From: Octopus sinensis
Lineage: Eukaryota
Length of the DNA: 64,000 nucleotides
NCBI RefSeq assembly: GCF_006345805.1
Contig: NC_042997.1
Location: forward strand, 97,960,001 to 98,024,000
Direction: 5' to 3'
The position numbers were made by a program, and so were the translations under genes. Of this stretch, positions 1 to 10,775 are shown one piece after another. The notes under the pieces were generated by a model, which was given only the letters and a program-made list of their open reading frames with translations, did no database searches and was not told where the DNA came from. Within the stretch, counting starts at the first letter, position 1. Every line of letters begins with the position of its first letter.

Positions 1-100
1 GTGTACCCTTATCTGATGGGTAGTCATGATGGGTGTACTGGGCTTCGTATACTTGCACCCTAGTGTCACTTTGACGACATGCGCTGCTTTCTCACTCAAT
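1..100 (-). mobile_element. 5' end of a ~565-bp (AAT)n-associated retroposon (same family as 26017-26580)
   Basis: 1-100 aligns with 26481-26580 (ccttatc(t/a)ga(t/c)ggg...gggcttcgtata...ctcaat) and ends at the same position; trinucleotide runs follow. Confidence 0.75.
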
Positions 101-113
101 GCTGCTGCTGCTG

Positions 114-149
<36 letters not shown>

Positions 150-203
150 ATAATAATAATAATAATAATTACAACAACAACAAAAACAACAACAACAACA
201 ACA
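101..203. repeat. compound trinucleotide microsatellite (GCT)n(ACT)n(AAT)n(AAC)n
   Basis: directly visible. Confidence 0.95.
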
Positions 204-311
204 GCAAGGCTAGTAATTTCGAGGATCTGATACAGCTAAGCAACGCGAAATATATATATATATAGCTATATCTACTATAATATTATATTATATATATATG
301 TATATATCACG

Positions 312-344
<33 letters not shown>

Positions 345-345
<1 letters not shown>

Positions 346-597
346 ATATAGGGTAAAAAAATTCTTAATTATATTAATAAATTTTACCAAGTAGTTTCGG
401 TATGGAAAAGAACGATATTCGTAAAAATACTTATACAAGAATTTTATATATAATTATAACAACAATTAAGGGTTTAGCAACAAGTTGCTTCACCACATAC
501 TGAAAATTTAGAAATAACGGTCTTTTGGCTGCTATTTCTAAATTTTCGGTATGTGGTGAAGCAACTTGTTGCTAAATCCTTAATTATTGTTATAAAT
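345..597. mobile_element. (TA)n-embedded foldback element, family A
   Basis: 63-bp inverted arms 454-516 and 533-595 with 3 mismatches and a 16-nt loop; flanked by (TA)n; homologous to 47895-48270. Confidence 0.8.
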
Positions 598-598
598 G

Positions 599-630
<32 letters not shown>

Positions 631-833
631 TTTCTACACAAGGCCTGAAATTTTGAGGGAGGTATAAGACCATTACTTCGGCTCCAATATTCAACTGGTA
701 CTTATTTTATCGATCCCAAAGAGATGAAAGGCAATGTCGACCACGAAGGAATTTGAACTCAGAACGTAAAGACGGACGAAATGCCACTAAGCATTTTACC
801 CGGCGTGCTAACTATTCTACCAGCTCGCCACCT
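631..833 (-). mobile_element. tRNA-derived SINE S1
   Basis: reverse complement of ggcgagctggcagaa..gttagcacgccggg..gagttcaaattcc..gtcgactttgcctttcatcc consensus seen in many copies in the window. Confidence 0.9.
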
Positions 834-854
834 TACATAGCTCTCTTTCTTTCT

Positions 855-895
<41 letters not shown>

Positions 896-1025
896 TCTCT
901 CTCTCTACACACACATATATTAATGTTCATCTTTATTGTAAAAAAACATTTTACATAAAACTGAAATACTTCTCAATACTTTTTGTAGAGCACATGATTG
1001 CTTTTTTAAACAAGAGTATTATTGA

Positions 1026-1080
1026 TTGAAACTTCAAAGTTTCGACCAGCTGAGCCATCATCGGACTTGATGGCTTAGCT
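1026..1080 (-). ncRNA. decayed hammerhead-like motif overlapping two hairpins
   Basis: minus strand CCGAUGA-U-GGC..GUC-GAAA-CUUUGAAG-UU; helix I does not pair; 13-bp hairpin 1048-1060/1068-1080. Confidence 0.4.
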
Positions 1081-1334
1081 GTACACACACACACGCACAC
1101 ACATGCACATATATGTATCTGTGTATTTGAGTGAGTATGTTCTTGGTAATTTTTTTGTAGAAACCTTAGCGGAAAGGAAGGATTGTCTGCAGTTAGAAAC
1201 AGTAAATCAGATATGCGTAAAATCTTAAAACTTATCGCTTTATACTCGGAGTGGCACTATAGTCCATAGCACGTGAAAAGGTGAGACAGCCATGACCAGA
1301 ATTTTTTGGGGTCTTAGGTTTATTTAATGAGGAA

Positions 1335-1566
1335 GGCGGCGAGCTGGCAGAAAGGTTAGCACGCCGGGGGAAATACTAAGCGGTATTTCATCTATCTTTA
1401 CGTTCTGAGTTCAAATTCCGCCGAGGTCAAATTTGTCTTTCATCCTTTCGGGGTCGATTAAATAAGTACCAGTTACGCACTGGGGTCGATACAATCGACT
1501 TAATCCGTTTGTCTGTCCTTGTTTGTCCTCTCTGTGTTTAGCCCCTTGTGGGTAGTAAAGAAATAG
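1335..1566 (+). mobile_element. tRNA-derived SINE S1, full length
   Basis: head ggcggcgagctggcagaa, B-box-like gagttcaaattcc, tail gccccttgtgggtagtaaagaaata. Confidence 0.92.
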
Positions 1567-1756
1567 TTTATTTGATGAGGACTGGTCTGGGGCTAAACAA
1601 CAAGAACAAGAACAGCGTGCACACAAACAAGAACAACATGTTCCCTTCGAACGTGATTTGGGAGATCCGGTATTTATTTACTAATTTAACAATTTTTGAC
1701 TTGCTTTGAAGGTTTTTCTCGAACAGATCGACCTAAGTCACTTTTTTTAAAAAACC

Positions 1757-2040
1757 TGGTACTTTTCCATCAATTTGTTTGTGCCGAACCCCTAAACTAC
1801 TTGGACGTAAACAAACGAACACCAGTTATCAAGCGGTGGTAGGGAACAAACACAGGTTTAAAGGCACACACATACATAGATATATACAATTATCTACCAA
1901 ATTCACGGACAAGCTTTTGGTCGACTCGGGGTTGAAGCAGAAAGACACTGCGGTGAAAGGAATTTTGGCGTTAATTCGTTGGAAATGAAAAAGAACTGAA
2001 ACCGGCACGCGCACTCTGTTGTCTCGGATCAAGTCGCATT
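1757..2040 (-). mobile_element. SINE S2, degenerate
   Basis: gccgaacc..ggacgtaaac..tcaagcggtggt..tctaccaaattcac..ttggtcgac blocks shared with 42500-42962. Confidence 0.7.
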
Positions 2041-2554
2041 TTAACCGCAACTATTTTAACCAATCACCACACCCACGCCGCCGCCGCAGCCACCGCCAAC
2101 ACCGCACTCAACTCTAGCAGCAGAAGCGGCAGTAGCAACGGTAGTACTGGTAGTAGTAGCTGCAGTTACAGCAGTTATAGCAGCAGTAGTAGCAACAAAC
2201 AACATCGTTTGCAAGAGCAACAGCTGTGATATGAAAAGTCGTTTGATTGGATGGTTATATATATATGAAGATATATGGATGCACGTGTAGTGCCATGCAA
2301 ACAAACAGGTGACTCTAGAAAAGAAAAGACAACATTTTAGGGAATGCAAACCCCTCTATGTTATTCATCTATTTATATATTTAGCTTTTAATGCATTCTT
2401 TGCAAAGGGTCTGTGCATATAAGCAAAAGATGTACTACTACGTTAATTAATTAAAATTGTGTGCATTGTATATTTACTTTCGCCTTGCCCAGTCAGAAGG
2501 CTCTCAATGCAAAACTTCTGATTGTTTTCCTCGTTTAGTCACCAGTCAGCTACG

Positions 2555-2740
2555 CCCGGGCAAAGAATTCCAGCTGTGACCATCCTGCCTTTTTTAATTT
2601 TAATTTTTCAGCTACGTTGTTTAGTGGTTAGTATAAGGTCAATCTATTTTTACAATAAAATAGTAGTAGGGTATTGCATGATTTGAGGAAGATTTGGTTA
2701 TTATTTCTAACAGGCCGAATGACTATGTAGAGGAACCCTT
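2555..2740 (+). repeat. short dispersed repeat (ccagctgtgaccatc...atttgaggaagatttgg..tatttcta)
   Basis: similar blocks recur near 8750, 9995, 11390, 42185, 58920 and reversed near 53090. Confidence 0.55.
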
Positions 2741-2965
2741 CCTTCTTGCTTTCTCGTAGTTGTAGTGCGCATGCAAGAAAAGCGGGTATTCATAAAATAG
2801 ATACCAATAATATGCTTGTAGAATCGATTAAGTTCATACGTCTCCGTTTCATTAAAGAACGGGCCTCGTACAGACGGATAAGAAAACGTTGTGTACAACT
2901 TTAAATGACCTCCCACACATATCTGTGTCTTTATGGATACTAATTCCAAATATGTAGATTGTCGA

Positions 2966-3005
<40 letters not shown>

Positions 3006-3109
3006 GAATATACATACATGCACTCAAACGCATACTATCACGCAGACACACCTACATTCTGGCGTTCTTACTAAATACAGATGCACGCAACTCTCTTCCC
3101 CTCTTTCAC

Positions 3110-3140
<31 letters not shown>

Positions 3141-3169
3141 ATATGTATATATATATGTATTTTTTTTTT

Positions 3170-3381
3170 TTGTACTTGTTTCAGTCATTTTGACTGCGGC
3201 CATGCTGGAGCACCGCCTTTTAGAGTGGTGAAAGAGTACAGCAGGGATCACCACCTCCTGCCGGAGCCTCGTGGAGCTTTTAGGTGTTTTTTTCGCTCAA
3301 TAAACACACACAACGCCCGGTCTGGGAATCGAAACCGCGATCCTCCGACCGCAAGTCCGCTGCCCTAACTACTAGGCCATT
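3170..3381 (-). mobile_element. chimeric SINE: distinct tRNA-like head joined to an S2 3' tail
   Basis: minus strand A-box-like tggcctagtagttagg and B-box-like ggtttcgattcccaga head, then the S2 tail aggcggtgctccagcatggccgcagtcaaaatgactgaaacaagta. Confidence 0.7.
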
Positions 3382-3500
3382 ATATGTATATATAGATAGA
3401 TACCGACACAAATACATACACTCATATACATATTTTTAAAACACATGCACACATACTAAAATAATACATATATATGTATATGTGTGTGTTTATAAATATA

Positions 3501-3716
3501 AGCTGGCAGAATCGTAAGCACACCGGGAGAAATGCTTAGCGGTATGTCGTCTGCCGCTGCGTTCTGAGTTCAAATTCCGCCGAGGTCCACTTTGCCTTTC
3601 ATCCTTTCGGGGTCTATTAAATAAGTACCACTTACGCACTGGGGTTGATGTAATCGACTTAATCCCTTTGTCTGTCCTTGTTTGTCCCCTCTATGTTTAG
3701 ACCCCTTGTGGGCAAT
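3501..3716 (+). mobile_element. SINE S1
   Basis: high similarity to 1342-1566. Confidence 0.9.
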
Positions 3717-3722
3717 ATATAG

Positions 3723-3773
<51 letters not shown>

Positions 3774-4316
3774 ATGTATGGTGCCCCAGCATGGCTGCAA
3801 TCTTATGATTGAAACAATAAAAAACTATATATATATATAATGAATATTATGAGTATATATAATCATTCAATCTATTTACACGTACATGCGCAGACACACG
3901 TATATATATATATATATATATAATATATATATATATATATGCATGGAGGGGAATGATTAGACGTATCCATCAATGGGTAGGAAAATCGTGGATAAGGTTT
4001 TGATACGAATTAGAGGTGACTGTCTATTCTCAATTGTTTTTTTTTTACGAAAGGCAAATAGAAGGAAATATCCTTGCCATGAAATACAATGTAAGACCCT
4101 GAACGCACGTGAACTCGCGTCCTAAAATATATCGAAGAATGCGCCATCTTAAATGGTGTAGTAAGACATAAACTTTAATTAAAATACAGCCAGTTGTCAC
4201 TCGTGTGCGAGTATGACTTGTTAACATGATTTGTTAGTTGTTTTAGACATTAGATGCTCTCTTTGTGCCTTAAGCCTTAGCCACGCAGAATATATATGAT
4301 GGGACACATGGAAGAT

Positions 4317-4595
4317 ATGGAGAGAGAGAGTAAGAGAGAGTAAGAAAGTGCAAAAAAAAAGAAGAGGAGAGAGTGTGTGAAAGAAAGAAAGAAAGAAAGA
4401 AAGAAAGAAGGAAAGAAAGAGGGTAGAGGGTCAGAAAGCGAGAGAGAGAAAAATAAAGAACGGAGAGAGAGTGAAAGAAAGAAGGAAGAGAGAGAGAGAG
4501 AGAGAGGGATAGAGAGTAAGAAAGAGAAAAAGAAAAATGAAAAGGGAGAGAAAGTGAGAGAGAAAGTGAAAGAAAGAAAGAGAGTGTGGAAGAGG

Positions 4596-4636
<41 letters not shown>

Positions 4637-5032
4637 ACACACACACACACACACACAGAGAAAGGGACAGATAGTAAGAGAGAGAAAACAGAGAAAAAAA
4701 GAGAGGGGAAGTGTAAAAGAAAGAAAGAAGGAAAGAAAGAGAGCGAGGAAGAGAGAGACAGAGAGAGAAAGGGATAGAGAGTAAGAGAGAGAGAGAGAAA
4801 GGGGAGAGAGAAAGAAAGATAGAAAGAAAGAGAGAGAGGGACAGAGAATAAGAGAGAAAAATAAAGAAATCGAGAGAGAGAGAGAGAAATAAAGAAAGAA
4901 AGAAGGAGAAGGAGAGAGAGAGGGGAAGGAGAGAGAAAGAGTGAGAGAGAAAGAGTGAGAGGGAAAGAGAGAGAGAGAAAGAGTGAGAGGGAAAGAGAGA
5001 GAAAGAGAGAGAAAGAGAGAGTAAAGAACATT
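4317..5032. repeat. ~720-bp polypurine (AG/AAAG) low-complexity tract with a central (CA)n
   Basis: directly visible; produces the spurious 280-aa L/S/F ORF. Confidence 0.95.
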
Positions 5033-5957
5033 AACATTCGGCCGGAACTTATTAAGGCTAAATAGATTGGAGTAAAAAAAAATGAAGTATCTTGCTCAAG
5101 AGCACAACACATCGCCTAGTCCTGGAATCGAACCTACGGTTTTATAATTGGGAACCCAACACTCTTGTTCTCTTGACTGAAACTAATTACATATGGACTA
5201 CTGTAAAGTGTGAATTTGGTCGTTAGCAGTGACGTAACAGTTCTGACGGTGTTTCCGTTTTGTTAGTCCTTCTCAATAAGGCATTGCCTAACCTTTACTA
5301 GAGAGAGAGAAAGAGAGAGAGAGGGAGAGGATTCATCTTATATGTGTGTACGTGTGGGTGCGTATCTGTGTGCGGGTGTGTGTGTGTATGTACCAATGGG
5401 CAGAGTGTGTTGTATACATTGTTTTGCAATACGGAGAAGTTATTCTCCTAAGACATATATTGCAGTGACCAGCATATTTTGTGCCTGAATCTGCCTACGC
5501 GTGTTAAGAATAAATATATGAATAAATCGTTCTAGAGTTGGCTATATAAATGTAAGTTTATGTATGCTTGTGACATAACTAATTCCAGTAATTCATTGCA
5601 TACCCCACACCGGCTTCATAGAGTGTTTTTACCTCTTTTGATCTCCAAGTCACAACTATGGGAGCGAGGTGTGAAAAGTTCTGGAACAGATTCACAGTTA
5701 AGTGGACTGGGATATTTGATAATTCAAGTATCTTGGACACAGACGCCAAGTGGCGCCAGACCTTTCGAACGGCAGTTCAACATCCTATTGATCAAGCTCG
5801 TTACGTGTCTTTGATGAAAGCCACATGTGTGTCTTCCTTACAACTTAACATTTAAACATCGATATATACTTAAACACCATTGCTTACACACACACACACA
5901 CACACGCACACACACACATACACACACACACACACACATACACACACACATACACAC

Positions 5958-6330
5958 ACTCTTTTATTTTACTTGTTTCAGTCATTTTGCAGCTGCGATG
6001 CTGGAGCTCCGCCTTAAAGGGTTTTAGTCGAAGAAATCGACCCCGGGACTTAGTCTTCGTAAGCCCGGTACTTATTCTATCGATCTCCTTTGGCCGAACC
6101 GCAAACATACCAAACTTACAGGCAAACATACCAACACCGGTTGTCAAGCGATGGTGGTGGGAGACACAAACACAGACACACAAATAAATACATACATTTA
6201 TATGTATATACACGACGGGCTTCTTTCAGTTTCCATCTACCAAATCCACTCACGGGGCTTTAGTCGACCCAAAGCTAGATACTTGCCCAAGGTGCCACGC
6301 AGTGGGACTGAACCCGGAACCATGTGGTTG
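5958..6330 (-). mobile_element. SINE S2, near full length
   Basis: cttgtttcagtcatt..gctggagc..gtgccacgcagtgggactgaacccggaaccatgtgg; internal (CA)/(TA) tract. Confidence 0.9.
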
Positions 6331-6423
6331 ATGTTTATATCATTAAGCACCATCTTACAGGATGATGTCCCCAAATGCAAACACACACACATGTACACTT
6401 ATATGTCATTATAAAGATACATA

Positions 6424-6640
6424 AAGGTGGCGAGCTAGCAGAGTCGTTAGCACGCTGGGCAAAATGCTTAGCGGCATTTTTTCCGTCCGCAGGATCTGAG
6501 TTCAATTTCCACCGAGGTCGGCTTTGCCTTTCATCATTTGGGGGTCAATAAATTAAGTACCAGTGAAACACTGGTGTCGATATAATCAACTATTCCCCGC
6601 CCCCAAATTTCAGGCGTTGTGCCTTTAGTAGAAAAGATTA
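6424..6640 (+). mobile_element. SINE S1
   Basis: ggtggcgagctagcagagtcgttagcacg..gagttcaatttcc..aaatttcaggcgttgtgcc. Confidence 0.9.
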
Positions 6641-7080
6641 TAAAGATACATGTTTATACACAGTTAAATATTTACGAATTGAGCCAATAAGGGAAACTCT
6701 GCATGATAGCTAGAAAAAGCAGTCAAGTTTTCTTCAGCCAGTTATCTAAAAGGATATATAGCAAATTGTTGAGGGTTGACTGGCGCAGGAGAAATCATAT
6801 GGCGTAGTCACGATTGTAAAGACTTTAGATCAAAGGTCTTTCAGCTCCGTTAGAAGCTGATCTGGGCTAAAATTCAACAGCAAAGTGAGCCCTTTGTTAG
6901 CTTTATATCTATCTATATATATAAAACTGAGGATGTGTGTGTGTGTGTGTGTGTATGTGTAAACCCGCATAACTTCTGAAGTTCGTAACTGATTTTTTTC
7001 AAACTGGGAACATACATTACTAATGTTCTAGAGATGGTTTTAGACTCTTAAAATTTTTCACATAATGAGTAGCGGAGTAC

Positions 7081-7375
7081 GTGCGACTGCTCGCATGGTT
7101 CACTCATTGTTTCTGTTCAAAGTGGAAAAAAACAGCTACTGAAATGATAGATGTAGTTCCTATGTCTGCTGATCGTTCAGTGCGGCAGTTGCAAAGGAGA
7201 GTATACCCACTGAGAGCTTTTTGGTGCGTTCAAAAATCACATATTCCCCACCCATTTTTCCATGACAATGTTAGGGCCTGCAATCTTCCAAACAGACGCG
7301 TGACATGTCAGTTAGTCGAATTAGTCCTTCATTTGCTCCACAAATGTTTTGTCGTCAATGCTGCTCTTACCCGTA
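7081..7375 (+). pseudogene. possible highly decayed mariner transposase relic
   Basis: translates to KKTATEM..FFHDNVRA, resembling mariner GKTATE and LHDNARPH motifs; no TIRs found. Confidence 0.35.
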
Positions 7376-7457
7376 TCATATATACAAACTATGCCAGTTA
7401 AATTCCGAGCAACGCCGGGTATTTCTGCTTGTATATATATATATATATATATATATA

Positions 7458-8288
7458 CAGGGTGCGGTGAATAAATTGTCGTCTAAATTACGCAAAAATG
7501 AAGATAACACTGACATCTCATTTTAACAGATATATTTACCAAAATTACATAAAAATATCTTGAAATACTAAAGAATAAATTTATTCAATAAAATTGCCAT
7601 TGGCTTAAACCTCTTAAGCCTCCAGTGGACTTCGGAATCTCCTGCAGCTCTTCTGGACTCCTTGTTTATGTTGGTGAATGCTGCCATAATCCTTGCCTTC
7701 AGTTCATCTTTGGTGTTACAAGGAGTTTTGTTGCTCTCTCGCTCAACTGCGCTCCACACATAATAATCAAAGGGGTTGCTGTCTGGAGAGTTAGGTGGCC
7801 AGATGTTATAGGTGATGTGGTCGTAGAAATTGTCTGACAGCGGTGTCTGGTTTCTCTTGCTTGTGTGGCATGGTGCAGAGTCCCGTTGCCAGACATAGGG
7901 TTTTCCAGCAGCCATGCTCTTGATCCAGAGCAGCACTATTTCCTCCAGGCACTTGATGTAGGCTTCTCTGTGGAGTCTGAGGCCGTGTGGGAAGATGAAT
8001 GGAAGCATAACATTGCCATGGCTAACGATCACTCCAAACATCATGATGTTGACTTGATGTTTGATTTTTATCACTCTCAGTACATGCATTCTCCACAGAG
8101 TGACACCCAAACACTGAAATATTGGTATTGGAGTTTCCAGCGCAAATACCAAGCAGTACAGCATGTCGTTTCTAAATTTCTAGCAGAGTGAATTGCGTCA
8201 TGGTGCTGTTTTCTCACAGACGGTGCCCAACTTTCGCATGCGTGAAATTAGAAATATAAAATGACAACAATTTACTCATCACACCCTG
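7458..8288 (-). mobile_element. internally deleted Tc1/mariner element, DD37D (maT/Bmmar1-like)
   Basis: 26-bp TIRs cagggtgcggtgaataaattgtcgtc / gacaacaatttactcatcacaccctg (4 mismatches); TA on both sides; ORF 7568-8164 has WQRDSAPCHTS..WPPNSPDSNPFDYYVW with 37 residues between the Asp residues. Confidence 0.92.
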
Positions 8289-8585
8289 TATGTATGTATG
8301 TATGTATGTATGTATGTATGTATGTATGTATGTGTGTGTGTCCTTCTGTCTGTGATTGTTTACATAATACATACATACATACATACATACATACATACAT
8401 ACATACATACATACATACATACATACATACATACATACATACATACATACATACATACATACATACATACATACATACATACACACATGTGTATATATAT
8501 ATGCATGTATATATGTATGTGTGTGCATGTATGTTTGTATGTATGTATGTATGTATGTATATATGTATGTATGTATGTATGTATA
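8289..8585. repeat. (TATG)n / (TACA)n microsatellites
   Basis: directly visible. Confidence 0.95.
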
Positions 8586-8982
8586 AAGACAGGTTGCTAT
8601 TAAGTGTAAATCCTTTGATCATAGGTATACATTATTAGTGGTGGCCTGGGGGCTAAACGACAACAGCAACTGCTTATATATCTAAATCATACATGAATCA
8701 GTATTGTCAAATGACAACAGATGCATCATCATTGATCTGATCAAAGTAATTCTAGTTGTGGCCATCACTCCATTTTAGGAGTATGCTTAGAACGCTATTT
8801 TCTTTGCCAAAGAGCACTTAGCATCATTAGACATCCCGGGTAGGAATATCTAATCTGAACAAAGGAAAGAGCTACGAATATGATTTTATGCAAAATAGCT
8901 TAATTTCTATGTTTAAATTCACGTGATATGGAAAGAATAACATTTTTTAGTCTTTCTCAACACCCATGTCTTTAAGTGTATA

Positions 8983-9275
8983 GGCGCGTGGTGTAGTGTT
9001 TAGAGTATTCGGCTCAAGATCGTGAGTTCGATTCCCGGCGATGCGATGTGTCCTTAAGCAAGGTATTATATTTTATGTTGACCCAGTCCGCTCAATTTGC
9101 AAAAATGAGCTATATTGCAAAAGGCCGAGTCTCTCTGAGAATTATGTTAAGGGTGCGAGTCTCCGTGGAATACTCAACCACTTGCACGTTAATTTCACGA
9201 ACAAGCTGTTCCATTGATCTGATTGACTGGAACGCTCATCGCCGTAACCGACGGACTGCCAGTTATGGCTCCATT
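8983..9275 (+). mobile_element. tRNA-derived SINE S3
   Basis: A-box ggtgtagtgtt, B-box gagttcgattccc, body tgtgtccttaagcaag..cagtccgctcaatttgcaaaaatgag; related partial copies near 5075-5165, 48720 and 59470. Confidence 0.8.
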
Positions 9276-9419
9276 CGTTAGATAGATGTATACGTACTTT
9301 GATTTCTAATTCTTATGGTAACAGTTTATCTTTTATTCTACATCTCATAGCTATCGTCGTGCGTTCGAATTCCCTTCGTTCGCTGTTCCTGTTATGATCG
9401 TAATTTCTGTATTAATTCA

Positions 9420-9607
9420 CGCCGAGCAGAATACTTAGCAGCATTTCAGCCGTCTTTATGTTCCAAGTTCAAATTCATCTGAGGTCGACTTTGTCTTTCA
9501 TCCCTTTCGGAATCGATAAAATAAGTACTAGTTGAGTACTGGGGTCAATGTAATCGACTTACCTATTGCCCCGAAATTGCTGGCCTTGTGCCAAAATTTG
9601 AACCTAA
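9420..9607 (+). mobile_element. SINE S1, 5' truncated
   Basis: gaggtcgactttgtctttcatcc..ataagtactagttgagtactggggtc..ggccttgtgccaaaatttgaa. Confidence 0.85.
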
Positions 9608-10077
9608 TTTCTGTATTAGGGTAATTTGCTTAGTTTGGTGGTCGCTTACGTACCGTTAAAGAAATTCGCTTTGTTCGCTCAATGATAGAATATTGTAATT
9701 TCAAATTAATGCTGATATAAAGAAATGAACACAATTTAAGTTCTATAGGATTGTTAAGAGAAAAAAAGAAAAAGAAAAAAACTCTACGGATTATGTTTTG
9801 ATGGAGTGAAAATGATTTCTTATAAATTTATCAATTTTTAACCTTGGGATTTGTTCGAAAGAATTAAGAAAATAAAATTGTACTTTTCTAAGAAGCACAA
9901 GCTGATTGTAATGGAGCGGAATGTTGAGAAACATTGCTCCAGAACTACATAATCAAATGTATATTTTCTATAAATTTATATAGTAATGTGTAATTTGAGG
10001 AAGATTTAGCTGCTATTCCTTGCTTGATGAACAATCATGCAGGGACGTTTGACAAGTAATGTTATCCATTTTCTTAT

Positions 10078-10139
<62 letters not shown>

Positions 10140-10281
10140 ATATGTATGTATATATATTACTATAAGAAAACGGAGAGAAAATATTGTGGATACGTATTGT
10201 ATCACAATATGACCATAGCAAATAGTTTAATACAAATAAAATTTAAATGAACATACATTAACATAAAATAAGCATAAGAAG

Positions 10282-10620
10282 TACCTACATATGTTTCAAT
10301 CAGGTCACTATGTAAACAGTGATTCGGAGGGTTCGAACCATGTTAAAAGTTTTTGATGTAAAAAAATAACAGCAAGGTGACCAGATCTCTTCCGGGTAGT
10401 CTCGTTTGAAAGCCTAATGGTTACATATTTTTCACGGAATTCAAGTTGTATTCCCGTGAATATATATATATGTATATATATATTAGACTGTTTATCCACA
10501 TATATTGAGAGAATTCTCCCAATATATCACTGATAACACCTGATCTCTGGATTTTATAATCCCTAAGGAGGACACTATATATATATAAGACAACCGACAT
10601 CTGATGAAGGGTCGTTGTTT
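10282..10620. mobile_element. (TA)n-embedded segment with two hammerhead half-motifs
   Basis: minus 10282-10340: AAUC..GAUU GAAA CAUAUG UA GGUAC with decayed 5' core; plus 10601: CUGAUGA AGGG lacking the GAAA half. Confidence 0.35.
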
Positions 10621-10732
10621 GTGTTACTTATCCCGTTTTCCATTTTTCTCTCTCGTTGTATGCGTACTTAACTCATTTGTTTTCGTATTTCATGTTGTTC
10701 ACTGTTGGTGACGTCCTGCACCCATATGTATG

Positions 10733-10775
<43 letters not shown>

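Noticed and set aside
4270-5112. Longest ORF in the track (280 aa, L/S/F-rich, looks transmembrane)
   Set aside because: It is a translation of the (CT)n/(CTTT)n strand of the polypurine tract.
5658-5855. 65-aa non-repetitive ORF MGARCEKFW...
   Set aside because: No recognisable motif, no convincing splice donor, and a length expected by chance.
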